Source: Octopus sinensis
Taxonomy: Eukaryota
Reading direction: 5' to 3'
Length of the DNA stretch: 64,000 nucleotides
NCBI RefSeq assembly: GCF_006345805.1
Contig: NC_043002.1
Location: forward strand, 114,948,001 to 115,012,000
This document shows, in pieces, positions 26,645 through 40,512 of the stretch. Position numbers and translations under genes: made by a program. Position 1 is the first letter of the stretch. Each line of letters starts with the position of its first letter. A model generated the notes under the pieces. That model saw only the letters and a program-made list of their open reading frames with translations, made no database searches and was not told where the DNA came from.

Positions 26645-26708
<64 letters not shown>

Positions 26709-26836
26709 ACATATGTATAAATATACATATATATATAGTATATATATATGTTTATATGTATATATGTGTATATATGTATATATGTATGTATAATTGTATG
26801 TATGTATGTATGTATGTATGTATGTATGTATGTATA

Positions 26837-27273
26837 GGGGAAAGTAAGAAGAAAAATAAGGGAAAATGCACGTTGGAAATCAAACACGTAGAGCCATTTT
26901 ATGAAAAGTAACGATAGATATATATAATTAGATGATCTGAGGTAGGAATAAATGTAATAAAAGTCAATATTGGGAATTGTGAAAGAGATTCAAAAGCATA
27001 CCGGTTTGGTAAAATTGCTAGTCATTGCTTTGAATGCACACCGATTACTGAACGGCTTCAGGTTTACGAGTCCCTGAGGAAAAAGATAATGTGTAATACG
27101 ACACCGGTATGCTTTTGAATCTCTTTAACAATTCACAATAATGACTTTTATTACTTTTACTCCTACCTCAGTTCATCTAATTGTATATATCTATTACTTT
27201 TCATAAAAAATAAACCTTTACTTTTTTTGGTTTCCAATGAGCATTTTCCCTTATTTTCCTTCTTACTTTCCCC
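26837..27273. mobile_element. MITE-like inverted repeat with about 170-bp arms
   Basis: ggggaaagtaagaag..accggt (26837-27005) versus accggt..cttactttcccc (27103-27273); imperfect. Confidence 0.75.
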
Positions 27274-27328
27274 TTACATTTACACGTGTGGTTTCTATTT
27301 TCTTTTCGTAACACATTCCTATTATATA

Positions 27329-27449
<121 letters not shown>

Positions 27450-27464
27450 GTGTGTATATATATG

Positions 27465-27495
<31 letters not shown>

Positions 27496-27768
27496 GCATA
27501 TATATATGTATATATATATATGTGTATAAATATATGTATTTATATATATGTGTGTACGTATATATGTATATATTTATATATATATATATATATAATATAT
27601 ATATATATAAATATTTAGTTAAATATATTAATGAGAATATTATACACTGAATTTATATTGAGTGCTCTATTGTATCAAAGTAGTAACACTATTAAAGTAT
27701 TTATGCCTTTAATACGAGCGATTATATATATTTTATGATACATTATTATTAATATAATATATTATAAG

Positions 27769-27803
<35 letters not shown>

Positions 27804-27955
27804 CATATATATACGTATACATATATATATTTATTATATAAATATATATATATATATAATTGTGTGTGTGCGTGTGTGTATGTTGTATGTATATATATAT
27901 ATATATATAAATGTATATGCATATGCATGTACATATACATATATACGTATGTTTT

Positions 27956-28027
<72 letters not shown>

Positions 28028-28271
28028 TTATATGCATACACACACACACATATTCCAGCTGACCTCATTCTAAATTGTATAGTTAATTGGTATGATGAGA
28101 TGTAAAATATAAACGACGTCATAAAGCACAAATGAAACTTATGAACCTGCTTGAGTTCTTAGTTTTCGTCTTTTTTTATTAATTAATACTTATCCCACAT
28201 CACGGCATGCGATTCAGTTCCCATGGTATGAGTAACTGTTGAATAGATTGAAATAATGAAAATGATATTCC

Positions 28272-28935
28272 TTTCTACAATTGGCACAAAGCCAGAAATT
28301 TTGGGGAGGGGAATAGTTGATCACGTCGACCCTAGTGCTTAACTGGTACTTATTTCACCGTCCCCGAAAGATGAAGTACAAAGTCGTCCTCGGTGGAATT
28401 TGAACGGAAAACGTATAGATGGACAAAATGCCACTAAAAATTTCGTCCGACGCAGTCATAGTTCTGCCTTAATAATTATAATCCTTTTTACTATAGACAC
28501 AAGACCTGATATTTTGGGGGAGGCGACTAGTCGGTTACATCGACCCCAGTACTCAACCGGTACTTAATTTATCAACCCCGAAAGGATGAAAAGCAAAGTC
28601 GACCTCGGTGGAATTTGAACTCAGAACGTAGCGACGGGCGAAACACCACTTAGTATATTGCCCGGCGTGATAATGACTCTGCTAGTACGCCGCCTTAGTA
28701 ATAATAATAATAATAATAATAATGGTTTCAAATTTTGCCACAAGGTCAGCCATTTTGGGGGAGGGGTGTTTCGATTACATCGACCCCAGTATTCTAGCGG
28801 TACTTAATTTATCGACCCTAAAAGGATGAAAAGTAATGTCGACCTCGGCGGAATTTGGACTAACAACGTAGCGACGGGCGAAATACCGCTACACATTTCG
28901 TCCAGAGAGCTAACGATTCTGCCAGTTCACCGCCT
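28272..28935 (-). mobile_element. Three head-to-tail diverged SINE family A copies (tail type 2)
   Basis: Units at about 28272-28462, 28485-28695 and 28722-28935, separated by TAA-rich spacers. Confidence 0.85.
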
Positions 28936-28939
28936 TTAC

Positions 28940-29530
28940 ATTGTTTTGTCATGGTATAAAAAATGGGCTCCAGCAAATATTTTGCTTGCCCTGATGCAGT
29001 AACAGGCAGTGGCTCTCATGGCTTTTGATCTAAACAGATTGGAAGTGTTATCATGTACGTTGTTTTGTCTTCCGATAAAAGATGGGTACAGCAAATATTC
29101 TGTTCCATACCACAGATTTGCTTGTCACCTGCTTGACCATAACCAGATGTGCATGTCCCTTAGTGGCTGACGATATATGCATCTCTGATCATGAGCAGAA
29201 CTAGTGGGGCAGCACCATAGCCATGTGTTGAAAGGAATTCTTTGGGGTTTGGAAGTATCACTTCTGGAAACATGGGTGTTTTGTTAATTATCCTTAAATA
29301 AACCGTATTCAGGAAGCTTTTGGGCAGGATGGTCTACTCAACCTAACTGGGCCCCACCTGTAAGATCATGTGCTGTTTATCTTGATATGTGACCACCATG
29401 TCGCGCGCATATGGCTTTGATGCATGTGCCTAGTGTACCCTTATCAGACGGGTAGTCATGATGGGTATACTGGGCTTCGTATATTTTACCCCAGTGTCTC
29501 TTCTATGGCATGCAATGCTCTCTCACTCAA
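28940..29530 (+). repeat. Probable retroposon 3' UTR-type repeat ending in a trinucleotide tail
   Basis: Internal imperfect direct repeat (28940-28995 versus 29060-29112); ends ctcactcaataat. Family assignment is from recall only. Confidence 0.35.
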
Positions 29531-29695
29531 TAATGATGATGATGATGATAATAATAATAATAATAATAATATAATAATAATAATAATAATAATAATGATG
29601 ATGATGGTAGTGGTGGTGATGATGATGATGATGATGATGATGATGGTGATGGTGATGGTGATGGTGATGTGATGATGATGATGATGATGATGATA

Positions 29696-30865
29696 ACCAA
29701 CCTGAAAAACTCTGAGGACTGGATGTTAAAACTTGTCTCAAAACATGAAAACAAGAAAGCATCATACTTAGTAACAAAACAGGCAAAGGAATATGTAAGT
29801 GAATTCCGAATACAACAAATTTCGGAATTAGACATACAAGAAACAAGCACAAAAAAAGCTAAGCGCATGAAAACCCGTGCCAAAACTGCGGCCTTAGATA
29901 TTCTGAATGATAAATGGCAAGAAAAACCTCTCTATGGCAAATACCCAAAGAGAGCGAATAATGCAGATGTTGACAAAGCCCTGACCCATCAATGGCTAAT
30001 GGCCTCTGGCTTAAAATCTGAACAGAAGTGTTTATCATAGAAGCTCAAGATCAATGCCTACTAACAAGAAACTACCAGGCCAACATATTAAAGAACGGCA
30101 GTAGCCCAACATGTCGTGTATGTCAACAACAAAATGAAACCATTGATCATGTTGTCTCCAAGTGCAGTCTTCTAGCGCCTACAGAGTATCTCAACAGGCA
30201 TGATAGAGCTGCACAATGTATTCACTGGGTAATCTGCAAAAACCTGGATTTGCCCCATGAAAAAAACTGGTGGGAGCACAAACCACCTCCAGTGCTTGAA
30301 AATGACCACATCTCACTCTTCTGGAACTTCACCATTCAAACTGACAGAAAGATAGATGCAAATAGGCCAGACATCATATTGAAAAACTTCAGACAAAGAA
30401 CATGCCTCCTCATTGATATGACTGTCCCAATCGATATAAACGTATCTGTTAAGACCTACCAAAAACTAAGCAAATATAAAGATCTTGAAATAGAAATCAG
30501 CAAAATGTGGAAGCTGAAGACTAAAACAATACCTGTTGTCATAGGTACCCTGGGAATGATAGCAAAAGGGGCTGATTGCTACCTAACTCAGATACCAGGA
30601 AACCAAAAAATGGCAGAAATTCAAAAGATAGTGCTCATGGGAACTGCTCATATCCTACGCAAAATACTCTCTGTGTAATCTCAAGGTTTAAAACAAACAT
30701 AATTTTCGGTTTTTTTTTTAGACATTCACTAGTACAACACCAAAAAAAAATTTATGGCACACTAGGCATAACAACAACATGAACTTCCAACCTGTTGTCT
30801 CTTGAGGTCTCTGGGTGAGACTTGGAGCCAACTTGTACAAATATAAAGCAAAAGTCAAATATAGA
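29696..30865 (+). mobile_element. 5'-truncated Dong/R4-clade LINE (CCHC finger plus restriction-like endonuclease) with 3' UTR
   Basis: AQDQCLLTRNY, CRVCQQQNETIDHVVSKC, RHD, RPDIIL, IDMTVP, KLSKYKDL. One frameshift near 30030; 3' UTR 30679-30865 followed by (TAA)n. Confidence 0.9.
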
Positions 30866-30904
30866 ATAATAATAATAATAATAATAATGATAATAATAAT
30901 AATG

Positions 30905-30977
<73 letters not shown>

Positions 30978-30984
30978 TTATAAA

Positions 30985-31360
30985 ATTCCTTTCTACTATA
31001 GGCACAAGGCCTGAAATTTTGGGGGAGGGACCAGTCGATTACATCGACCCCACTTCGCAACTGATTGTCAATTTATCGACCCCGAAAGGATGAAAGGCAA
31101 AGCCGACTCCGGCAGCATTTGAACTCAGAACGTAAAGTCAGACGAAATACCTATTTCTTTACTGCTCACAAGGGGCTACACTCAGAGGGAACAAACAAGG
31201 ACAGACAAACGGATTAAGTCGATTACATCGACCCCAGTGCGTAACTGGTACTTATTTAATCGACCCCGAAAGAATGAAAGGCAAATTTGAACTCAGAACG
31301 TAACGGCAGACGAAATACGGCTGCGCGTTTCGCCCGGCGTGCTAACGATTCTGCTAGCTC
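30985..31360 (-). mobile_element. SINE family A dimer (tail 1 then tail 2)
   Basis: Two bodies joined at gaaatacctatttc. Confidence 0.88.
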
Positions 31361-31365
31361 GTTGC

Positions 31366-31415
<50 letters not shown>

Positions 31416-33152
31416 CAGCAGCAGCAGTAGTAGTTGTAGTAAAGATGATGATGATGTATACTATATGGCGAATATCGTAGTGTAAAGTTATGTAGCTAGT
31501 TAGCTTTATCACTGATTTAATTTCGATGTTCTTTCTTTTACAGTCAATTAAACACGTAACTTTGAACACACTTGTAATGATTTTTTTAATATGCATGACT
31601 GCATGAGAGACGTATTTCTACTCATAGTAAAGTATTTTCTACTCTGGGTTGTTCTAAATTTTAGGCTTCTCCATCAGTGATGAGTTCTCTCGACAAACAC
31701 ATATTTTTATCATAATAAAGCCCTCTTTAGTCCAAGAAAATACTTCATCCTTATCCAACTGCTACTAATTATTACAAAAAATGATGGAGTACTGATTCCA
31801 TACCTGCAACTGCTTCACACACACACGTACCATTGACGTATCTAAAGAAAGCAACCTGAAGAATTAGCCTGAAACTGCCCACCAACACAATACACCTCCT
31901 GGCTCATAGACATGTTGTCTTATCCCTTTGTCTTTTCTACGGCTACCATAGTTGCATCGACTCTTCGTAGCTGGTTGGTCTCTCGCCTTCGACTCCCAAA
32001 CAGTTTTGATTCAGTTGTTTCTTCTTTCACCGTCTACATTCTATTTTTCTACACACTAACCCTAACAACTCTCCCCAGTCCTTTCTCTCCCAGATGCCGA
32101 AACTCCATACGAGATCTTTTCTGCGACCGTCGACGAGCGCCAAACGGTTGTCGGAAATTTCATTGGTCTCTGAAAGCCTGCAGAGACTTTAGGAATAATC
32201 ATTTCTACCAGACCAATTCAAAGTATAAAAAAGAGAAGACATTTCTGACGTTGCTGATGAGAAAATACTAACATTAGGAGTGAAAATAGTTCAAACAATT
32301 ATCTGAACATTAATGTGATTCAGTGATGTCCATGCTTTTCTCAGTGTCATAACAGTAGCGTGCGAGAAATGAATTTGTTACGCTCAAAAGTTGACTCAAA
32401 CTTGAATAATCAGTTTACCAGGCATGTTCATACACTGAATGGCGCTCGTCGACGAAAATAATAGAAAATACGCTCTGCCGGTGAAATCTATATCTTGTCT
32501 AGCTAGCGGGATGTTTCTACTAGCTCTGAAGCGACAATTTCAAAATGTGTTGTGGATGAAGTTTTGCAATATCTGTGGTAATTAACAGTAAATGAGGGGT
32601 TTCTTTCCGTTTAGCCCTGTTGGAATTTCGGTCAACTTCATAATAAAGGCAATTACAGATCACCTCCAAATATTGAATTGTGGCACCTTATTAGTGTCAC
32701 TATTAAGGCGTCAGCAGCGACACACATTCTTTATTCTTCCCGCTCCCTCTATATTGTGACTATCAAATGATCACATTTCCTATTCATTCCTTTTCTGCAC
32801 CAGAATACATAAAAATACACTCGGATAATTATTGGAGTGTAACTCACGCACGCAAAGACGAACACGCACAACTACACACGTACAAATACATTCGTTCAAA
32901 CATGTTGTGTGTATTTATATAAATACAAGCATACATATGTGTGTATTTATATCTCACCATGTGCGCTGGTATGTGAGTGAAATTTTGTCTACGTATGGCT
33001 GACCGACCTCTTTAAAAGTATGAGCATATGTATGAAGTTATTAGCGTTGGGAGATATCTATATGTATTCGTCTATGTAAGTATGTGTGCGTCTGTGCATT
33101 GTGTACTTGCATGTGGGCATCAGCTTATTTGTGCATACATACACATACACGC

Positions 33153-33200
<48 letters not shown>

Positions 33201-33291
33201 ACACACACGCAAACATATGAGCATATACATACATATATATATAAATATATTATATATATATATATATACACACACACAAGCAAACATATGA

Positions 33292-33329
<38 letters not shown>

Positions 33330-33341
33330 TATATAATATAT

Positions 33342-33383
<42 letters not shown>

Positions 33384-33384
33384 A

Positions 33385-33439
<55 letters not shown>

Positions 33440-34213
33440 TATACTGTGCGTGTGTGATCATTGAATGTCTACGCGTTCATAATTATTTCTTTTATTGTTC
33501 AGTATTCATTAAACTGATTTTGAACTTTAGACCTAATATTTTCAACCAAAATAAGAAGCCAAACATGTGTTAACTGAAAAACCAGTCTAAGAAGTAGTTT
33601 CATTGATATTTTCAAATGTTTAAAATTCCATTGGTAGTAGGTGTCGGTTCAAATTGAACGTTTGGCCTGCGGGTCTGGAGATTCTAACTTATTTTTAAGA
33701 ATGGCACGGTATTTTCTCGATCGATTTAATTTTGTGTGTATGCATGTGGGTGGGAGGGGGAATTAGTACAGCATGAAGAGCACAAGTGAAAGAGGAGAGA
33801 CTTCTCCCGAGATTATTTGCACAGCAAAAGGTTTTCCCAGGCTCCAATGTAGATTCCGTTCAACGCTGCTTCGAGCGACTCTATTCAATTCATTCGAGTT
33901 TGATCAAACTGTGCACACCTCAGTAAATTTATAGGTTACTCTTCTTATTTATCAGAGCTATCATTCCGAAAGGGTTATGATCGACACAGACGGTATCGGA
34001 GGCTGATGGCGCATAACAATACAAACATGCATGCGTTCCTCGATCGGATGATGTCATTGTGTTTTTCCATATATTACGTAAGAGGAGATATTTCTCCTGT
34101 GATTGTTTAAAAAATAGTCCCCCACTTTCGAGTGTACACGAACGTGTTAAATATTGTGCATGCATATATCTTTATTCAGCGCAAGCTACGTCGTGGTTCT
34201 CTATTTAAGAAAT

Positions 34214-34245
<32 letters not shown>

Positions 34246-34854
34246 CAGAGGTTTTCCCAATTCCAGAAGCTGCCCCAAATCCTTCAGTTTCTTTTGTTTC
34301 GCCTTCTTCTAATGCGGATTCTCAGACGTCTATGGAAACCTGGATTTGTTTGAAATATTCAGGCGTTCTTAAATTCAAGGATCAATTGTAGCATCTTTCC
34401 ATGGACGCTCTTGTTCTTTACATTTCCGAATCGCTTGCAATTTCGAAATATTTTAAACTACTTCATGATAGTAACTAAAGTCATTCGGGTTGAAAAACGG
34501 TGTTACAGGAATAACCATAGTAAAATAAAATCGATCATGAAAATTATAAAAAAAAAACGTTCGCTCATCGATTTATAAAAAGAAAAAGCTATTTTTCAAA
34601 TTTTATCTATTATGAAGATTTAGCTACTGAAGAATTTTTGCAACAGAATGGAAATAAGATAAAGAAAAACGATTTCTGAACTTTGGTAGTCTTTAATTAA
34701 TGTAAATGATAGGAATATTTTGAATATATTTGACTCTTTTGACATTCGCCTTTGTGAACGTAACCGCTGTCATTTTAACTCATTATTAAAAAGGAGATTT
34801 CTGGAATTACTATAGTTATATGAAATCAGATAAATATTCAATTTTATACCACTT

Positions 34855-35030
34855 TTATCTTTTACTTGTTTCAGTTATTAGATTGCTGCCATGATGGGGC
34901 ACCACATTGAAGGGTTTAGGTCGAAAAAATTCGACCCCAGTACTTACTATGCTGTTCCAATTTTGCCGAATAGCTAAGTTACAAGGATGTAAACAAACTG
35001 ATACTGGTTGTCAAGTGGGGGGTTCAAAAA
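34855..35030 (-). mobile_element. SINE family B, 3' half
   Basis: Similar to the reverse complement of the family B tail. Confidence 0.7.
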
Positions 35031-35142
35031 CACACACACACACATATTTACATACATACATACACACATACATAATACATACATACATACACACCTAATA
35101 CATACATACATACACACATAATACACACATACATACATACTT

Positions 35143-36283
35143 ACATACATACGAAAAAGTCATCAACAGCAGATATTAGCACATCATCACTGCAATACTG
35201 GTTCTCAGCCACGTGGTTTTTCATGCTGGGGAACAAATAGATAGTCAGGTGAGACCAAATCAGGAGAATAGGAAGCTGATCAATCAGTTTAAAGCCACAA
35301 TCACGCACAGCGGCCATTGAAGCCAAGGTCTTGTATGCTGGATCATTGTCCTCATCAAACAAGACCCCTTTGGTCAGTTTTCCTGGGCGTTTGGTCTTGA
35401 TAGCCTTTCATAACTGCCTCAACGAGTTAGCATATTACTCTCCATTAATCGTGTGGCCCCTTTGAAGATAGTCATTAAACATAATATCTTTTGCATTCCA
35501 AAATACTGAAGCCTTCGCCTTCCCTGTAGATGAAGCGACCGTAGCTTTCTTCGGAGCAGGCGAGGGGGGGTGTTTCCACTGCATGGATTGTTTCTTTGTC
35601 TCTTGCACAAAGTAAGAAAGCAAACACTCATTCTGGCTTAGGAAAAATTCAAGAAAATCAGCTGGATCTACCTGGAACAATGGCAGATTTTCCAGTGGTG
35701 TGATCAACCTGGTGCGCTTTCGATCAGGTTTCAGAAGACAAGCACCCACCGAGCAGAAACCTTCATCATACCAAGTTCATTGTGCAGAATATTCTCAACT
35801 TTCTCACGACATACGGTAATAACATTGGCTATGGGGTTTATGGCAAACTACCTGTCATCCATCAGCATGTGGTGAACACGATCATTGCTTTCTTCAGTCG
35901 TGGCAGTTTCAGGATATCCAGACCTTGGGGCATTTTTAAAACTATCCCTTCCTTTCTTAAATTCAGCTACCCACTTTTTCCCTGTTGATAAAGCTGGAAT
36001 GTCATCCCTTAATATAGCAACCATGTCAGCATGAACGTCTTTTGTGGCTAAACCCATTTTCTGCAAGTATTTGATAACAGCACGATGCCAAAGTTTTCCA
36101 TTTTCAAGACAAGTCACGACTAGTTACTTTTGAAGTCTTCTTTAAACAGTCATATATGAGTTTACCTGGAAAGAAACACTACAGTTATTAATAAGAAAAG
36201 ATGAAATTAATGCATGCACGATTTCACAGCTCAAGCCTCACTCCTTTATAATCAGCCTATAAACTTTTAAGCCTACCCTCAAG
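35143..36283 (-). mobile_element. Decayed mariner transposon, 3' end missing
   Basis: HRAVIKYL..WVAEFKKGRDSFKNAPRSG, QETKKQSMQWKHP, ASVFWNAKD..DYLQRGHTINGE, DEDNDPAYK. One TIR-like end at about 36255-36283. Confidence 0.88.
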
Positions 36284-37482
36284 TTATGTAATTTATGTAC
36301 GTAATGTAATGCATGTATGTATATATTTATGTATGTAACATAATGTATGCATGCATACAGGCACATATTATGTACATACGTATGCACCAGGCTTAGAAAA
36401 AATGTACTGTGTTGTTTGACTAAACGTTTCAAGGCGGTCTGAAATGAGGAAAAGAAAAAAGAAAGATAAAAGATACTACATAATGTGTAATTAGGCTTCA
36501 GAGCTTCATTTAAGCACATATCCTGTATGAAAGCTATTAACATATTCAAGTCTGTTTGTTGTTTACGTAAAACAGGATATCAGCTCCCAACCAATAGGAT
36601 TTGAGATCATCGCATCAAGCTAAAACAATACTCCTCCGCATAAATTTATTTCAACTGAAATCGATTTCCAGACAATACTTTTTAAAGTGTAGTGCACTGA
36701 TCCATTGTATATAAGGCCTTTTTCTCGCAGCAGCATACACCACTGAGTCGTTATGAGTAATGAACTGGTCATTATTTGTATGCAAAACCGAAACATATGA
36801 AACACACTTATGTATATAGAAGTATTCGTAGTTATAGCTTGCAACGTAGTAAATTATCAGGAAGCGAGAAGAAGATGAAATGAAATTCAAGAGGAAAATT
36901 TAAATATACTTAACAAGCGATAATGAAAGCAATTTAGCAATAAGTAAAACAAAAAACAAAAGCAACCTATATAATTTGCTTCGGTATGGACTGAAGCTGA
37001 ACTATGTGGATTAAAGAAACCAACATACTGAAGAACTTAATGAATAATAGTCCTCTGTCATTTGTTCCGAAAACGCTGCCAATTATACTTTTTTTTTTTA
37101 CATCATCTACTCGTACTTAATATCTAACAAAAATTTCTTCTCAGCATTACACACGTGCAATTTCATTGCTCATGTACTGTCACTTTTTCTGCTTTGCTTC
37201 TGTTCAAACCTACATCCACTATTTTATGTTTTCATTACTAGCATTCAGTCTAACCAAATAAGACACAATATATTTTAATTTAACCTAGAAAACAAATTTC
37301 TATTATAACAATGTTCAATGTAGAAGTTCAATCAATCAGATTGAGAATGTGATATAATTTGAAAGAGTGAGTGGAGCATGAGACTATTGTCTACCATGAT
37401 CTTTGCACAAAACTCCTTTTAAACGCATTTCACCAGGAATTCGTACATACAAGATAATTATTATCATGTACAGTAATATGGT

Positions 37483-37693
37483 CTTAAATTTGGGCAAAAG
37501 GACAGCAATTTCGGGGGAGTAGACAAGTCGATTATGTAGACTTCAGCGCTCAACTGGGAGCTTATTTTATCGACCCCGAAAACTTGAAAGGCAATGCCGT
37601 CCCTGGCAGAATTTGAACTGAGTACGTAAAGACGAACGAAATGCTGCTATGCATTTTGCTCAGACGTGTTAATGATTCTACCAACTCACCGCC
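37483..37693 (-). mobile_element. Diverged SINE family A with 22-bp TSD
   Basis: ttatcatg(t/c)acagtaatatggt at 37461-37482 and 37694-37715. Confidence 0.85.
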
Positions 37694-38697
37694 TTATCAT
37701 GCACAGTAATATGGTAGATGTATTTAAATGTCTTTTGACTGAACACTTGATAGAGGTAAGAAAAAATCGCGAAAAAGTGAATATGAATGTATAGCTAGAA
37801 TGTTGATTCTATGTAAGCAGTTTTTGATGGGCTAGATGTGTTTAAGGAAAAGGGTAATGAATGTTTTTAAATCACTTGGCTCTTGTTTTTTAGATCTAAA
37901 CAGAGATAACTGAATAGTTGGCAGCAGGATGGCGCTCATAGCGTGAGAGAGTAGTGATAGATATTCTTACATGTTGGGGAGAGCTACTATTCCAAAAATT
38001 TCTCGACTGGCTAACATATTTCTTTTTTTCAAGGCAGACAGTGGTAAATTTCTTCAACACACAGCGTATCGGTGTTCAGTGTCAGGGCATGGTGTCTTTA
38101 GCATTAATTGTTGTTTCCTTATGTCAGACTTTCTACAGTATAGTGACTTATTTTTAAAATTTCTATCCCAAGATACTTCTAAGTGCATTTATATCAAGAA
38201 CGACGTGCAATTAAGAATTGCTTACTAAGATGTTTTCAACTCACATCTTCCAGGTTTGAGAAAATATGTATTAAAGGTTGACTTCTATACATTGAAATAT
38301 ATTCGGACATAGATGATGATATCAATGTGTTGATGCAGGATGATACAACATCTTGAATCGACAACTTTTCCTTTGTCTGAAATCAAAAGTGCTGAAACAT
38401 GATGAGCATGCATGTTTTCAGGGGTAAAACAGAAGCTTTTCTAACATTTTAAATAGATGTATTATGCGATAGTAGAGGACCCAAATGATCAGAAAGATAG
38501 AGGGAGTAAGTGAGTGAGTGAGTGAGTGAGTGAGTGAGCAAACGTGTGAGAGCTATCCTCCCTAGCTTTATTAATAAAGCATATTACTCTACCTCCGGTA
38601 TTCGAATACCTTGTCTCACATTTATGTGCTTAATCTGGTTTTTGTGATGTCTTTGCAGCTTTATTAATGAAGTATATATATATATACATATATATAT

Positions 38698-38748
<51 letters not shown>

Positions 38749-38816
38749 TATATACATACATGCATACATACATACATACATACATACATACATACATACA
38801 TACATACATACATACA

Positions 38817-39705
38817 TACAGGATTCGGTGAATAAATTGTCGTCTAAATTACAAAAAAATGAAAATAACATTGAGATCTCATTTTAACAGATATATTTAC
38901 CAAATTTATACAAAAATATCATGAAATACTAAAGAATAAATTTATTCAATAAAATCGCCATTGGCTTCAACCATAGCCTCCAGATGACTTCAGAATCTCT
39001 TGCAACTCTTTGGACGGTCTCCTTGTGTAAGTTGGTGAATCCTGCTATAATCCCTGCCTTCAGTTCATCTTTGGTGTCACAAAGAGTTTTTTTGGTCTCT
39101 CGCTCAACTGTGCCCCACGCATAATAATCAAGGTGATTGCAATCTGGGGAGTTAGGTGGCCAGATGTTAGCGGTGATGTGGTCGCAGAAATTGTCTGACA
39201 ACCACGACTGGCTTCTCCTGCTTGTGTGGTATGGTGCTGAGTCCTATTATCAGACATAGGGTCTTCCAGGAGTCATCCTCCAGGGCAGCACTACCACTTC
39301 CAGTCACTGTGTTGAGCCTGGGGCTGAGTAGTGAGTCTAAGGCCGAGTGGGAAGATGAATGGAGGCATAGCGTCGCCATCACTAGTGATCACTCCAAACA
39401 CCATGATGTTGACTACATGTTTGATTTTTACCACCCTCGGCACATGTCCTCAAATTGCACTGTTCTCAGTTTGACTCACAAACACTTTGAAATATTCGCT
39501 TGAGAGCTTCCGGTGCGAATGCCAAGCAGAACAGCATGTCGTTTCCAAATTTCTGGCCGTGTAAATTGCGTTATGGTGCTGTTTTTCTCACAGACGGTGT
39601 CCAACTAACCCTACTATACTGTAGTCGATAGAATCCAAAACAAACAATACGCATGCGCGAAATTAAAAATATAAAAGGGCAACAATTTACCCATCGCACT
39701 CTGTA
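38817..39705 (-). mobile_element. Internally deleted Tc1/mariner-superfamily element (maT/DD37D-like)
   Basis: Imperfect 29-bp TIRs starting TA|CAG at both ends; QDSAPYHTSRRSQSWLSDNF and WPPNSPDCNHLDYYAWG motifs. Confidence 0.85.
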
Positions 39706-40104
39706 TGTGTGTGTAAGCATTTCTAGTGGCTCTTCTCGACAGCATAATGTTGTCTATTCAACCCTATTTTATTCAACAATGATTTTACAAGTAGAAAAAA
39801 AAGATTTACGAAGATGTTCTAGTCGTGTAATTTGCATGATAATAAAAAGTGAGCCAAGGAAAGCATCTCAAGTAGACCAACGGTTTGAATTTAAATAGTT
39901 CGTGTAGTTGGTGATACACAGAATACCATTCGTAATCAATTCTAAATTAATAGAAATTTACTTCTCTGTTGAAGTAAAACAAAATTCAAGCAGCATTTGA
40001 AACCAGCTCTCAAAGGGAAGGCGGCAAGTATTGGTAGCAGAGGTAATTTTTATAGCATATTTTCGTTGAATCAGATCATAGTGTCTAAACTCAACTTATG
40101 TATT

Positions 40105-40512
40105 CTTTATTTTTTACTCACTTCATTCATTGGACTGAGGCCATGCTGGGGCACTGCCTTCAAAGATTTAGTCGAACAAATCGACCTCACTTCTTGTTTT
40201 TAAGCTTAATACTCATTCTATCGGTTTATCTTGTTTACATTTACGTTGTTTATAGAAAGGAACTAACACGGGTTTGTAAGCTGTGGTATTGGAGAACCAC
40301 AAACACAAAGATACAAACACACACACACACACACACGTATTCACATATACATAAATACGACGGCCTTTCAGCCTCCGTCTAGCAAATCCACGGACAAGGC
40401 TTTGGCTGGCCCGGGTCTATTGTAGAAGATACTTGCCCTAGGTATCACGTAGTGAGACTGAACACCAAACCATGAGGTTGTGAAGCAAATTTCTTAACTA
40501 CAGAGCCATGCC
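40105..40512 (-). mobile_element. SINE family B
   Basis: Diverged full-length reverse-complement copy. Confidence 0.85.

Larger units (their letters stand above)
26001..26649. repeat. Near-perfect palindrome, 315-bp arms and 19-nt spacer (Penelope pLTR-like fold-back)
   Basis: 26001-26315 is the reverse complement of 26335-26649 with 2 mismatches seen. The unit is flanked by (TA)n. Confidence 0.95.
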
